In this document: piece after piece, positions 26,184 through 39,000 of the stretch
Numbering within the stretch: position 1 is the first letter of the stretch
Layout: each line of letters opens with the position of its first letter
DNA from: Vairimorpha necatrix
Taxonomy: Eukaryota
Assembly: GCA_036630325.1 (NCBI GenBank)
Contig: CP142729.1
Coordinates: 620,001 to 684,000, forward strand
Length of the DNA stretch: 64,000 bases
Direction: 5' to 3'
Position numbers and translations under genes: made by a program
The notes under the pieces: model-generated
The model's input: only the letters and a program-made list of their open reading frames with translations
Databases searched by the model: none
What the model was told of the DNA's origin: nothing

Positions 26184-27369
26184 ATATTATTATAAACTTG
26201 TGATTTTAGTTATTGGTGTTTCTTCCAATTGTGATTGTCCGTTTCGAAATTCATTTTTAAGGGCTATTTTTTTCAAATTTTCTTTTATATTTTGGTGGAC
26301 TTTCCCACCAACCCTCATAGATATTTTATACAGAAACCATATACCAATAAGGTCTAAAAAGTAGTACTTACGTATATTTAAATATTTATTAGATCTAGCT
26401 ATTATAAACTCTTGGATTATATGTTAAATGCCCAAAAAAGGTAAATCGAAAAAGAGTTCACTTACAATGGCCCAATTCTGAAATTTATTGGCCTTTATGC
26501 TATTCAACGGAGGACCCACTAAAAGCGCTAAAGAGGTCGTCCTAGTACGAGTTAACTTAAAAGGAATTACTATCAAAAAAAATAAAAGGTTCTTCAGTAA
26601 CCCCACCTCCAAGAGACATAAGAAAAGATGGTGTTGAACATTGGCCAACGGTGGGTAGGTCATTCTTATTAGATACTTAATATGTGTACTGGGGTTTTTT
26701 AAAATTCGTGTCTTAAATGTGGCGTCAATTTGAGCTTAAATAAAAAAAATAATTGTTTTTTAAATTATCATAAAGAATAATGAAGATTGAGTGAACAATA
26801 TTTTTATATTTATTTAGTACTGAGCCAAATATGTGAATATGCATAATGGTGTAAATTTCTATCATATTTGTTACCGCCATCACTTGAGGCACCAATCGTT
26901 TGACTTAAACGTGATGTTTTAACGTATAATCTCAACCTGAAACATGATTGTTTCAGGCTGGGGAAAAAACTATATAAGGAAATTATATAAATAAATATTA
27001 TGTCTCTTAAAAGAATATTTCAGTTAATACCAAGCCATAGACTGCCCCATCTTGCCTTCAGGTAACAATATTGTTTTTTACATAATACATATTTTATTTA
27101 CATTAGAATTTTTTTAATATTTTTCCTTGAATCAGAGAATTGTTACATCCCCTAAATTTTTTAGAAATAGCAAAAATCATGCAAAGAAGGGATAATAAAA
27201 TTACTTAAAGAGGTCCATAAACGTCACAAGACCATTATTTTACTACCAACAAAATTTCTAAATACTTGTTTGGAAAAAAACAGAAGTCTTTTTTTATTAC
27301 ACTATGTTCGACAAGCTTCCTAAAGACATATTTATATTTCTGTCGCATTAGGCCAGAATTACATTTTAG

Positions 27370-29440
27370 ATAATATATATCTTACTATTGATTATTATTG
27401 CAATGTGCAAAAAAGTTATTGCTCTCGACTTTTTATATTTAGCTCAAAAAATTATAAGTTTGCTTAATATCCTTAGGTCACAGTGTCACCTAAGACGACA
27501 CTAATTGAGTAAACACAAACAACTTGATTTATGCTTGATTTCTAAACATACTTTATGAATAATAAAATAACTTCGAAAGGTATAACAGTAAAACTTGATC
27601 ATCACAAATTTAATATCCGCGTGAATAATAGGCTGAAGCTATAGTAGGTACTTTATCATCCCGATATACTAACTACATTTACTATTGTTTTATCGACAAC
27701 AAGGCAATGGAGAAGGTTATTAAAAACATTATAATTGAAAAGGTAGGACCGAAGACAATTAAAACTTGTTATTTTATGGGAAGAATGAAACATATGACAA
27801 AATAAAGTTACTGTGGACAGCTTTATTGTCGTACTGAGAATTCTTTAATAGAATACATATCTATTGCCTATTCATTAGCCACATACTATTGTAAATTAAT
27901 CAGTAAAGCCTGATCATTTAAAATTCGGTTTTCTCATGAATCCTGGGCCGCTGTTAAGCTGGCCGCATACTCACATTACGATATACTCATAAAAAGCCGT
28001 GTGCACTTATTGATAAACATAGTAGTATAAAGGCTTTAAAAATTACAAAATAGGAAAGTAAAAGCTGAGAGTATTTTGTATTCTGTTATTTTAAAGTATA
28101 AATGGACCCCTTACGTGATAAAATTATTATGGGGGATTTTGTCGCCCCCAAGAAATTACTCATTGAAGATGAGTTTATGACACATTTGTAGGTTTGATAT
28201 GCTGTTGTCGTAAATTATATCCGTTAAATTTGATCAATTTATAGTCAAATCATCATAATTCTTAGTTCGCCATGCGAGTTGCGTTCTATCATCTTATGAT
28301 ATACTTACTACGGGCCCCAGTTTATTCAATAAAATGAAGTAATAGAAATTTTTTTTAAAACTACAACAATGAAATAGCATGTCGATCATATACATAAATT
28401 TTTAATGGATTTGAAATGATAAATATAGTACAAAAGACTTTACAATAAAGCTTTATCAATTAAAGATTAATACCCCCATGAATCATGGACAGCTGTTAAA
28501 GTGATCATTTTATTATGTTATGATGTATTAACTAAACCTGCTGTGTGCATTTGATAATTAAGTAGCAGAAAGGGTTGTTAAAAAAGATCACAAATTGAAA
28601 AGGTAGGAGCTGAAAAGAGTTTAGAATCCATCATTCCAAGAAGAAATGGGTGCCTTATCTGATGAAATTATTATGAGGATTGCCAGCGTCACCATAAATT
28701 TTCTCATTAAAGATGAATGTATAACCTATGTGTTAGATCGATATCTTATTTTAACTTATTTTCATAAATTTGACAATTATGAATTAAAAATCATCATGAA
28801 TCTTGGTCTGGAGTAAAAGTAGGGTTCTATCATGTTATGATATGCTTATTACACCCGCAGTGTATTCATTGAAACTAAGTAGTAAAAGTTCTTCAAAACA
28901 ACAAAAATGAAAAAACATGTAGATCACATTCATATCTTTTTAATTATTTAACAAATAATAAATTCAGTAGAGAAGATATATCTGTAAGAATTGACAAATT
29001 AGAGCTACAATATTCGCATGAATCATGGACTGCTGTTAAAGCGACGATTTTATCATGTTATGATAAATTAAATGCACAGGCTAGTGTGAGTATCGATGGT
29101 GAAACTAAAGAAAAGTTTGTCAAAAACAACAAACAGGAAAAGAGAGAGACGGAAAGTAATTTGGAATCTATAATTCTAAAGGAAGAGAGGGACGCCTCAT
29201 TTAATAAAATTATTATGGGAAATTTTGCTGGCGCCCCCAAGAATTAACTTATTAAATATTTTTATTATCTATTTAATAGATCGATATAATCAGGAAGATA
29301 TCGATCAATACAACAACATAAGCAAGTTCTTACACCTCGTAAAGACAACGAGTTGTATGCTTATGAAGAAAGGGTTATAAGAGAATGGTCAGCGAACTCA
29401 ATAATACTCGGTACCACTAAAGGGCGGGGGAACGTATTAA
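27370..29440 (+). pseudogene. Decayed gene for an unknown tandem-repeat protein with a signal-peptide-like N-terminus (copy 1)
   Basis: Recurrent KLDQ..KYPHESW.AVK..ILSCYD-like unit every ~220 or ~315 bp; hydrophobic start IYILLLIIIAMCKKVIA; paralog at 61453-63430. Confidence 0.6.
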
Positions 29441-29453
29441 TTGAAATTGTTGT

Positions 29454-29669
29454 TGTGGACATATGGTCCCATCAGTCCGGAAAGAATGTTTCGTTAAACT
29501 TTTTATTATTCTTCAGACCCATAAGCGTATGATTTTCTTTTATAATTTTAAAGGGGAAATGTCCTATTTCTCCCTCCAAAAAATATGTATTAAAAGGGGA
29601 AAATACTCATAGAAAGTATTCTCCGATCTCCATGGTAATCTTAGTGTAAATTGAGATCTGTCCCTGACA
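29454..29669. mobile_element. Solo LTR
   Basis: TG...CA ends with 5-bp TSD GTTGT; absent from the paralogous site near 63435. Confidence 0.65.
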
Positions 29670-30190
29670 GTTGTAATTCTTAAAAAGAAATAAGGAAACC
29701 TATGCCTTTGTAAAAGAGGTATTAAAAATTTTTGATGACTTACAAGAACCAAGAAGAGAAACCTGCAGAGCACAAAAATAAACATAAACACAATAAAAAT
29801 CTCATATGTGACAACTTCATTGAAGTTTTTGAAACGTTGCCCTTTCCATCGGGAATTTGTTCCTTGGCTGCTAGGCTCTTCCTTCGTCTTGTGTCCAATC
29901 GCATTATTAATTATAATATTGTCTGGTCATAATCTAGGGTAGGGGCAAAAATAATGAATAAGTAGTAAATATTTGGAATAGACCGGTCGAAAGGTCTATT
30001 TTTGAAAAGTAAAAATTTACAAAATAAAAATAAGCTATTTGTAGTATTATAGTACTACAGATCCTTTCTCTAAAGTTTTGCACTTTTACATATGTATAAG
30101 CAACAACTGCGTCTTGTGTGTCTTGTAAATGAGCCTAAAATTATTTCGAAACTTTTTCATAGCTTTTTCGTTTCTTGCATCATTCATATC
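29670..30190 (-). mobile_element. Decayed Gypsy 3' LTR and pol end (family of the 1-2166 element)
   Basis: Shares AATAGAC..TTCGACCGGTCTATTCC and the 5' hairpin with the 1824-2166 LTR. Confidence 0.7.
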
Positions 30191-30281
30191 TGTTACCAGA
30201 AGGAGAGCTGGTTATTGAAGAAGGCTTTTTATTAGAAGAAGAACTATATTTATTTGGCATATTTATTCTATTTAAGATTTC

Positions 30282-31040
30282 TTAAATAGTTTTAGTTTCG
30301 GATCTGAAACAATCATGTTTCAGATCATTATGATTTGTTTCATCTTTCAGTTTTAGTCTGATTATTGGTGTGTGCAACACAGCCGGTAACACTCTCCCCT
30401 CCTTAGAACAAGGCTTCACTTCCTGGGAAGATGCAACGTTCACCAATTTATCGTAGAACTTTTCATTCACAAGACTTAGGGGTTCAAAGGTTCTTCTAGA
30501 TGTTCTTTTTATATTAATGAATGATCCTATGTTCTTTTTATTGAAAGGTCTCTTCATGTTCCTATATTCAGTTGCGACTAAGATTTCCATTTTATGCATA
30601 TTAGCAAGAGGACAACTTGGTTTTATGTGTTCGTTTTTCATAGAATCTTTACTGAGCATGTTCCTGCTCTGATTATCCAATCTTTCATTTCTATATAATG
30701 TATAGTAAGACATTATGAACTTTTTACGCGGCTTATTAAATATATTAAATATTATTCTTTTGAGTTTTATTCTAATGTTATTCAACTCACAGTGCAGAAC
30801 CATAAATAGTAACTTCCAGGTCAGTATTGGCCTCATACCTTCATCTATTTTAGATATTATTTCGATAAGCACGATCTGCACGATCGCTACTTCCTCGCTC
30901 ACCACGCTTTTATTCACACATAAAAATGTTTGTTTCTTCACTTCGTGCTCGTAAATTTCTTTTCCAGAAGAGTTAGATAGTATCGTTTTCCCGGGTCGAG
31001 TTGGTGGTTCAATTTCGCTACACTTAAGTATGTAGAACAT
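30282..31040 (-). CDS. Unknown ORF (252 aa) overlapping the gag end and running into the 3' LTR
   Basis: Open frame only; no recognisable motif. Confidence 0.3.
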   Translation of the reverse strand: MFYILKCSEIEPPTRPGKTILSNSSGKEIYEHEVKKQTFLCVNKSVVSEEVAIVQIVLIEIISKIDEGMRPILTWKLLFMVLHCELNNIRIKLKRIIFNIFNKPRKKFIMSYYTLYRNERLDNQSRNMLSKDSMKNEHIKPSCPLANMHKMEILVATEYRNMKRPFNKKNIGSFINIKRTSRRTFEPLSLVNEKFYDKLVNVASSQEVKPCSKEGRVLPAVLHTPIIRLKLKDETNHNDLKHDCFRSETKTI

Positions 31041-32344
31041 TCTTTAATCACGGGGGATTGACCTACTTCTTTAGTCCGTGTTTCCTTTACTTTTGTGAGT
31101 TCATTGTATAGGCGCACACCATCGTCTCTTTCCTTTTCGATCGAACTATGTGCGTCCTTGGTGCTCGTATATTCGTCACTCTCCACGCTTTTATTTGCTC
31201 GTTCAATGTTTAGATTTTTTCTATCATTCTCGAGAAAGTTATTTTGCTGGCCATCGAATTGCTTGTTAATCGAAGTACTCGTCTCGGAAAACCTCAAACT
31301 TCCATACAGAAGCGACGTCTGAGCTGTTTCTGCACTTGCCCACTTTTTAATCCGCCCATCTTCTTGTATAGACATTGTTATATCTATACTCTGTGGAATA
31401 GTTTGATTAAAATGTACTTCTTTTACCTTTCTTAGTTTCTTTCTGCCAACAAAATTGCTTTCGATAAATGGGTTGGACTCCCCCGAGTCCAAACGCGTTC
31501 TTACTACGTCGCGGTCGATGGACCCTAAGATCGTAGTATCGTTCGTGTCTTTTGACACTGGATCTGCCTCGATTAAAAACACCTTTTTCCCTTCGTGTTT
31601 CTCGCAGTCTTTAAATAAGTGTTCGCCCCCACACTTATAACATACTAACTTTCTTGGACTCTCTCTTGTCCTTGTAGTATATGGCCTTGAAGTCCTTGCT
31701 TCCCTTGGCCTATTCTGTTCAGGTCTCTGCCTTGAACTCTCAATAAATTTATGATTTCTCTCATAAATCTTTAGTACAACGTCCCATGACGTTGCCTCTT
31801 CCACCTTTTCTTTAAGTGACGGTGGGAAATATCTAGCCAACTCCTCCGTAATTTCAGACACGCTAACTCCTGCTTTCTTGTTAAGCTTCATTAGTTCGTA
31901 TATAAAGTTTTCAATTTTCATATTTACAGGTCCAGAGTATAGTCTCTTATAAAGCATTTTAATGGGATTAATTCCCTCCCGGAATTCTTCTTTCCCATAT
32001 TTTGTTAGAAATTTCTGTTTGAATTCCATATATCCTTCCACCTCGTCTTCAATTACAGCCTCATACCATAGGAGAGCTGATTCCCCTAAGTATCTCTTAA
32101 TGTAATTGAGCAGTTTTATATCATTCCATTCTCCCTCGAGGTATTTAAATTGATTAATCCAGACCCATGCATTCTCGCCTTGGGTACCGTTGAATTTCAC
32201 CATTGTGTTAGTAGATATCCCTAATTTTTCTAGTAGGTGGCCCAATTCGTTGGATTTCGAATAGTTGTCGCCAGTGTTACCAGAAGGAGAGCTGGTTATT
32301 GAAGAAGGCTTTTTATTAGAAGAAGAACTATATTTATTTGGCAT
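30938..32344 (-). CDS. gag: Gag with CCHC knuckle, protease remnant and unknown tail (468 aa)
   Basis: CYKCGGEHLFKDC knuckle and LDSGES motif; the ORF starts inside the 5' LTR. Confidence 0.8.
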   Translation of the reverse strand: MPNKYSSSSNKKPSSITSSPSGNTGDNYSKSNELGHLLEKLGISTNTMVKFNGTQGENAWVWINQFKYLEGEWNDIKLLNYIKRYLGESALLWYEAVIEDEVEGYMEFKQKFLTKYGKEEFREGINPIKMLYKRLYSGPVNMKIENFIYELMKLNKKAGVSVSEITEELARYFPPSLKEKVEEATSWDVVLKIYERNHKFIESSRQRPEQNRPREARTSRPYTTRTRESPRKLVCYKCGGEHLFKDCEKHEGKKVFLIEADPVSKDTNDTTILGSIDRDVVRTRLDSGESNPFIESNFVGRKKLRKVKEVHFNQTIPQSIDITMSIQEDGRIKKWASAETAQTSLLYGSLRFSETSTSINKQFDGQQNNFLENDRKNLNIERANKSVESDEYTSTKDAHSSIEKERDDGVRLYNELTKVKETRTKEVGQSPVIKECSTYLSVAKLNHQLDPGKRYYLTLLEKKFTSTK

Positions 32345-32932
32345 ATTTATTCTATTTAAGATTTCTTAAATAGTTTTAGTTTCGGATCTGAAACAATCAT
32401 GTTTCAGATCATTATGATTTGTTTCATCTTTCAGTTTTAGTCTGATTATTGGTGTGTGCAACACAGCCGGTAACAATATCCACATCCATTTCTGTTGGTG
32501 AGATATTTTCCTTTGCCTACACAATATTCCATTTGCGTTTGCTTATGTCTTTAATTCTCTTTAAGCCAATTGGAACGGATATGTATGCATCGTTTCCTTT
32601 TATTCTTCTTGCTGACCATGTACGTCCTTTCACCTCTATTTTTGTGAGTGTAAATTATATGCTTTATGCTTTTTGCAATTCCCCGCCCTTTGTTTATTTT
32701 TATTACACGAGTGTTGGTTTTGTAATGAGTTTTTAGAATTATGATATGCTGCAATTGTTCTTATGTGTTCACTTTGGTAGTTCATTTTGCAAACCCTCTT
32801 GATTTTCACATTTGCCTTGAGTATTTACAGGGGGTTGCATTTTTATAGTCCAATTTTGCATTTTTATAGTTCATTTTTTAAAAAACAAATTTGATATATA
32901 ACGAATCATTATAAAAATATGTATAAAATGAT

Positions 32933-34132
32933 GGCGCAACGGTCTGAGCCCGGACTTCCCCTATTTTTTTACGTACTGAATCCGGACATAAACCGTAAAG
33001 TTGGGAAATGTTTTTTACGAACAATATATTCAAGACTCGAAATTTCACAGACTTGTTTAAATTTCATTTGGATTCACATTTCTTGAGCTTTAAACTTTTT
33101 TGTTTTTTAGATGATTTTTTCAAAAATATTCTACCCTTATGGCATGTCTGGTGGCTTTTGACAGTAGGTCAAAAATCTTCCAAGATTCACATGAAGCAAT
33201 ATGTTGGCTAAAAGATAAAAATCAACAAAAAACAGCCATAGAATGTACGAATTATTTTGGATAATAATTTTAACGCCGGACAATTCGCACATGGCCGCCA
33301 CCAGTTTAAGTGTAGGGGAAAAGTGATGTGGAACATTAATAGGAATTTGTGATAAAACAACATTTTCTAATCCCGAATACCTGTACATAATTATTTGTAT
33401 ATTCTGTAGTCATCTACTGAAAAACAGTCTACACTAAACCTAAACAATAATTCACGTGTTTCAGCTTCAGGTGTCTTCAGGGGTAAAAAAAATATACGAA
33501 GCACTAAAAAGGAAAATATCAAACACCAAAAAAATAGTGGATTTAAGAAGTGACACAGACCGATGAAACGGTTATAGTAAAGGGATAATTTGTCAAATCT
33601 CCTTCAAAAAGATATGACACAGTCATAAACTGTACATTGTTGCTAGAGTAATAGACGAGCGTTCATTAAAATTGAGAACTGAAATACAACAAACCTTAAA
33701 TATAAAGACGATGAGTCTATTTTTTAAAAATACATAAAAAACGACACGATATGCAAAACTAATGGGCATAAATCTTATCTCGCAGCAGTAGAATCTATCA
33801 TCGGTGATCATCGCGTTGTAATTCATGATGAAGGCTTTAAAAACGAAGCAGGTGAAACCAAAAATTAATACCAGGAGTCTGGTCACATCTTATATGTGAT
33901 ATAATAGCTAGAAAAGGGATTAAAGAAAGTGCGATCCCAGATTTTTTGAAGAATTTAAATAGAGAAGAAGGTATGCCATTTATAAAAACATCAAAAGTAT
34001 AAGAGAGTTCTTTATAGAAATTATCAAAATATTCTTAGAGTAAAATGCTTTTTTTATTATTTTTTTTTTTCGTTTCTCTTTAAGGGGGCCCCCTTGGAGT
34101 GAAAAAAAAGTCCGGGCACAGACCGTTGCGCC
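32933..34132 (+). mobile_element. Merlin transposon, decayed
   Basis: 25-bp TIR GGCGCAACGGTCTG(A/T)GCCCGGACTT; QTDETVI and HRVVIHDEGF...GVWSHL fragments. Confidence 0.8.
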
Positions 34133-34868
34133 AAAACTTTTGCTAAATATATGTCTATGAAAGACGACATTTGGTAAAATCCTTGAGAAGAAGATTCAAA
34201 CGTTCCATCAACGGCGAACGTGTCTATTTTTTCAATCATACTTTTTTTGAATTCTGAAAAAAATATTATAAATCTATCATGATCCTGCATACCACTATCA
34301 AACCTAAGAAAGCGATTTTTTTAGAATCTACTTGCAAGACTTCGGATATATCCATGATGCAACCAGTTATAAAACTGAGTCTTGAATTTCTTGTTCGTTT
34401 GATTGTAACTCTTAAATATTCTATGGAAAGCATTTTAGTTATATCTAAGCTGGTTGACAATGTTGGGAGTTGTTTTTTATAATTCCACGATGTTTGCATT
34501 ACTTGTAGCAACTTTTTCTTTTATTTTTTTAAAAATTCTTTTATATATGCATTTCTCAGGTAATGGTTCATGTGAATGAATAACTTTTTTAACAATTTCG
34601 TTTTGTTCATTCATTGTAATGGCACCTCTACAAGACCTATTACTGCACCTCCATCGCCATGTGCCGTCTATATATGGTCTAAAGTGTATATCTGATCTTC
34701 ATAGATAAGATTTTGTCCTCTACGTTGACCTTCAAAATTTTTAAAGTTGTCGTTCATTTTTTTAGGGTGATTTTCGGCAAAAAAGGAAAAAATTTTGGCG
34801 GAAACAACCATTATTAAACTTTTGGCGAAAAAACGTAAATTCGCCTGTGGGCGAATTTCCGGGTACTC
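34133..34868 (-). mobile_element. MULE 5' fragment
   Basis: WRWRCSNRSCRG..H.HEP zinc finger and VDGTFESSSQGFYQ motif. Confidence 0.7.
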
Positions 34869-36058
34869 ATAATATTATTAGAGATGAAAGAAGAGAGAAT
34901 AAAACAATTGATGAATATTTAGAAGATAATATAATACATTATCTGATTATTACATCATTTATTCCTTCTTAAGTAATATTTGAAATGGGAAATTTTGAAC
35001 CTAAGAAAATTAGTGCAATAAACCAAACTATTCACATATAACTAACTTTTACAACAATAAGATTTATCAAACACTTCAATAAACAAGCTGATGAAATCTT
35101 ACAAGAATATGCCTATGATTCAGAAATTATAGGTATTATTCATGATCCTCATAAATAATCTCTTTGAAGAAAAAAACAATATAGGCTTATCTGGTATTAT
35201 CACGGTAAACAACAATTTGATAGATAATATCCATGTCAATAGCTTGAGTAATGAAGTAATTGTCGGGAATGAAGTGGGCTTGAGGGGGTGGAAAAAACGA
35301 AGAGTTTTTACTCGATATTTATAAAATAACAAAAGATGAGAAAATTTTAAGCTTCTACAATGCTCTTAATGAAAAGAGTCCTTTCAACCCAAATGAGACG
35401 TTTGTGTTGAGAGTTTCTTAACTTTATTTTTAATTGAATGTAATATGGCGACTAAAATATTTAAAGCCAATTTAATTAATAATTAAAAACGCTAAAAGAA
35501 CTAAAAAATAGTTTGTTGGAGCTTAACAGAAGATTCAATTTGGAATTCGAAGGAGATTGTCATTTATTTGACAAAATAAAAGGAAAAACAGCATTGTCTC
35601 CAATAAAGCAAAAAATTGGAGCATTAAATGGGAAGAGTTTTTACTAGTAAATTTGAAAATATTTTATCAAAAAACAACTTAAAACTCTAACTAAAATTGT
35701 AACCCGATGTACACACATCCACCAACAATTTTTAAAGCGAAACTTTTGGGGCTAGCACAATTAGTACAATGCACCGTTTTTACATTATACACAACGATTA
35801 GCCAACAAAAGATAATGTATGTTTCTATTATATTAAGTCAATAAAATTAATAAATTTTATTATTTCCCAACATAATCAGAAATAATACGAGGGGTAAAAT
35901 TTATTTTAAATATTTAACTAGCGTATGCACACCCGTTCCGAGAACGGGTTGTTTGTGTTTGCATGGGTACATGTTTTAATTTTATCACATTTTATTTATT
36001 TTTTAAAAAAATGGCATAGTTCTTGTGCGCTCACGGCGCATTTCTTAATCTATTGCTC

Positions 36059-39000
36059 TTATGAGCCAATTAGTTCATGTAGAACTACATTTTTAGTATT
36101 GCTTCCTCTTGTCCCCAACTTGACTCTCAAGTTTTCACTCTTTTTCACTCTTGACAAAGCTACGTATAATTGACCATGAGAAAATACATCCTCAGGCAAA
36201 TACGCTCCCACTTTGTCGAAAGACTGTCCCTGTGCTTTATGTATTGTCATCGCATATGACAATACCACAGGAAACTGTCTTCTTTTGGGGTATAAATGGA
36301 AGAAGAGTGTCACTTGGCATCATGTCTATCTTTGGTATAACAGCAAGGGTGCCCCTTCCCCTTCCTGTAATTATCTCCCCCAAGATGTAATTATCTCTGA
36401 GACTTTTTATCTTAAATCTGGTCCCATTTAATAATCCATTCTTAGGATCAATGTTTCTCAATAATATCACAATTGCCCCTGTCTTCAGTACTAATTTATG
36501 TGGAGGTAGTCCTGATGGTTGCTGCATATTCAAAAACTCAAGAGGAAATCTCAGTTGTTCGTCGATATCCTCTGATTCTATAGCATCAGAACTCACATAT
36601 ACCCTAGAAGATCCTTTGAGGAGGTTTAGCACTTTTGTATTCAATTCATTGGCATGTTCATTTTTGCTTGTTAAGATAATCTTATCAAACAAAGAATCAT
36701 CACCTGCTTCAATTTTGGTTGTTCCAAAAATGCTATCGACTATGTCTTCTTCTTCGAGATACTTCTTGGGTATCTCCACATATCCTTCACTATCTCTATT
36801 CTGTCCCTCGCCTATATCTAATAACCACTTATTAAACTCAACTTGATTAAGAGATCTCATATTAGTTTCTAGCTTCAGTACACAGACGTGTAGCCAAAGT
36901 TTTGAACTAATTAGTGAGTTCTCGATGACATCATTTGGGGTACCCTTAATTACAATGGTTGATGTTTGTCTAAAATCACCACCCAATAATAGAGTTTTCC
37001 CTCCAAAGATATCATCATTGTCACAGAGTCTTTTAAGCACCTCATCTATTGCGTCCAATGCATGTTTTGACATCATCGAAACTTCATCTATCAGCAATAA
37101 TGAGGCCTTTATTATTTTTTCTGCCTCTGGAGTATTTCTTTTCAATCTAGATACGCTGGTCTCTGTCAAGGGGACAGGAAGTTTCATGCAGCTATGCATT
37201 GTTCTTCCATCCTTTAATAGATCTGCAGCAATTCCTGTAGTGGCCATCTGTATGAAGATTTTTTATTCTTACTTAGATATTCGATCAGGACATTGTATAG
37301 ATAGGTCTTTCCTGATCCTGCTGGTCCATCTAAAAAGAATAAATTTCCCCTTTTATCTATACTATCTGTTATTTTATTAATTGCATTTCTCTGTTTTTCG
37401 TTTAAAGAGGATATCATCTGATCTAGATCATGTTCAATGCCAGAGACTTTTCTTTCTTTCTAGATATAGTTAATCGGCTCATCTAAACCCAGTGCATTTA
37501 GACTCCATCCATGAGCATTAACTATATCTTTTAATCTACTTAATATTTCGTCTCTACTATTCTGATCTAGATCTTCAGACATATCTTCAAGATACTTCTC
37601 AAAGAGTTCTTTGGTATTTTTTGGCTTATTAAAAGCACAAATATATCCAAACAATGCTCTTATTATTGCTGGGGATTCGGTTGCTACTGCCTCATCCAAA
37701 GCCCTTCCCCATTCTTTGTCATCTTGAAGAAGTCCTCTTTCTTCCACCGCTTTTTCGAAAGAACTGTAAACTACACCATTTACAGTTCTCAAATCCTCAT
37801 ATGATTTAGCCCCCTTTACATTGATCAAATGGACTCTGAGGCTAAATCTTTCCTTCTCTGTAGGAGATACAGAATAAAGTCTAGTAATTATCTTGCTGTA
37901 CTTATTCTTTCTCCTTATCCATTCTCCCCTTTTATATGTATAGTGATAGGGTATCTCACTATACGAAAACTGATGTGCTCCTTCATCAACTTCATTCAAC
38001 TTGAAGTAGGCTAAAAGAGAAGTCTGTCTAAGATCGGACAATCTAACAGCTTCCTCTTCTCTGCCTTCTTCGAAAGTGATCAATTGTTCTTGTGGAAGAT
38101 GCACAGGAAGTCTATAGATCTTATGAGATCTTCCATGCATCTTGTATTCCATTAATCTCCAGGTTGCCTCTGGTGCTGAGACATATCTGGAATTCACAAA
38201 ATGATCAATTTCATTGTTGTCAGTTATTCTCATTTCAGCACAATCAAATCCCTAGTAAATATACTTGAAAATATACTTTACCGACTTAATAGAAGTACAA
38301 ACTTCTACATTAATGTGACAATTGTATTTTTCAAGCAGATAAGCATTATAAGGGACTACATTGACATTGGTAACAATGTTGCCCCTTACATTGTACTCGG
38401 CCCCTCTAGATCGTCTGTACTCAGGATATCCGTCTTTATTGATCCTTGTTTCAGTATTATGTTCCTTAGGATATTCCTTAGTGCAGAGACCATTTTCCAT
38501 ACATGGACTTGTCAAGTTACTTAGTCCACATGGTCCATATGTTTTGTTACACAGGTGTGTAACATCTCATTGTCCATGGGTGATGGTATTTCTGCACTCA
38601 CATACTTATCTATTCTTTCTTCATCCCGAATCTTATCCTTTAGCATTATCAATATGTGAGCATGAGGAAGTCCACGTTTTTGGAACTCAATAGAATAGAC
38701 ATGAGCCACGACTTCCCCGAACACTCTTCCTACCAAAATCTCCTCCATCATACTTTTTAATTTCATGTTGAAGACCTTTGCTACCAAATCTGGTCTATCA
38801 ACTGCTGTTTGTCCTTCAAAAAGATTTTCCTTGATCTCCTTCCAGTTTGGATCGCAAGTCATAGTAATAAAAAGATCGGGCTTGCCGAAACTTCTTACAA
38901 TTGACATTGCATCATGATATCTCTCTCGCATATTTCTCGGAGATCCTTGGAAGCTTGATGGTAAAATTACAGGCTTAGCAGTACTTTCTGATCCATTGTT

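Larger units (their letters stand above)
20632..26313 (-). mobile_element. Mutator-like (MULE) transposon containing a Gypsy insertion
   Basis: TIRs (GG..AAA.TCC.CCAAAATATAAAAG), 9-bp TSD CTCATAAAT/CTCATAGAT, transposase fragments. Confidence 0.85.
18828..27191 (+). mobile_element. piggyBac transposon, decayed and interrupted by a MULE
   Basis: TTAA-CC left end and GGG-ATAA right end. Fragments QRLSVD.QMC, KLYVLC..YAYKFEVY and FYASLPL; after the MULE, IRSKK.YLRIF and a Cys-rich tail. Confidence 0.75.
30191..32475 (-). mobile_element. Non-autonomous Gag-only LTR retrotransposon
   Basis: Identical 201-bp LTRs at 30191-30391 and 32275-32475, TSD ATATC, PBS TGGCGACAACT, PPT AGGAGGGGAGAG; no RT, RNase H or integrase. 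Confidence 0.92.

Noticed and set aside
34870-35917. Fourth Helitron unit or captured gene
   Set aside because: Only weak similarity to the Helitron 5' end (GGGGTAAAAT) and no hairpin-CTAG end found.
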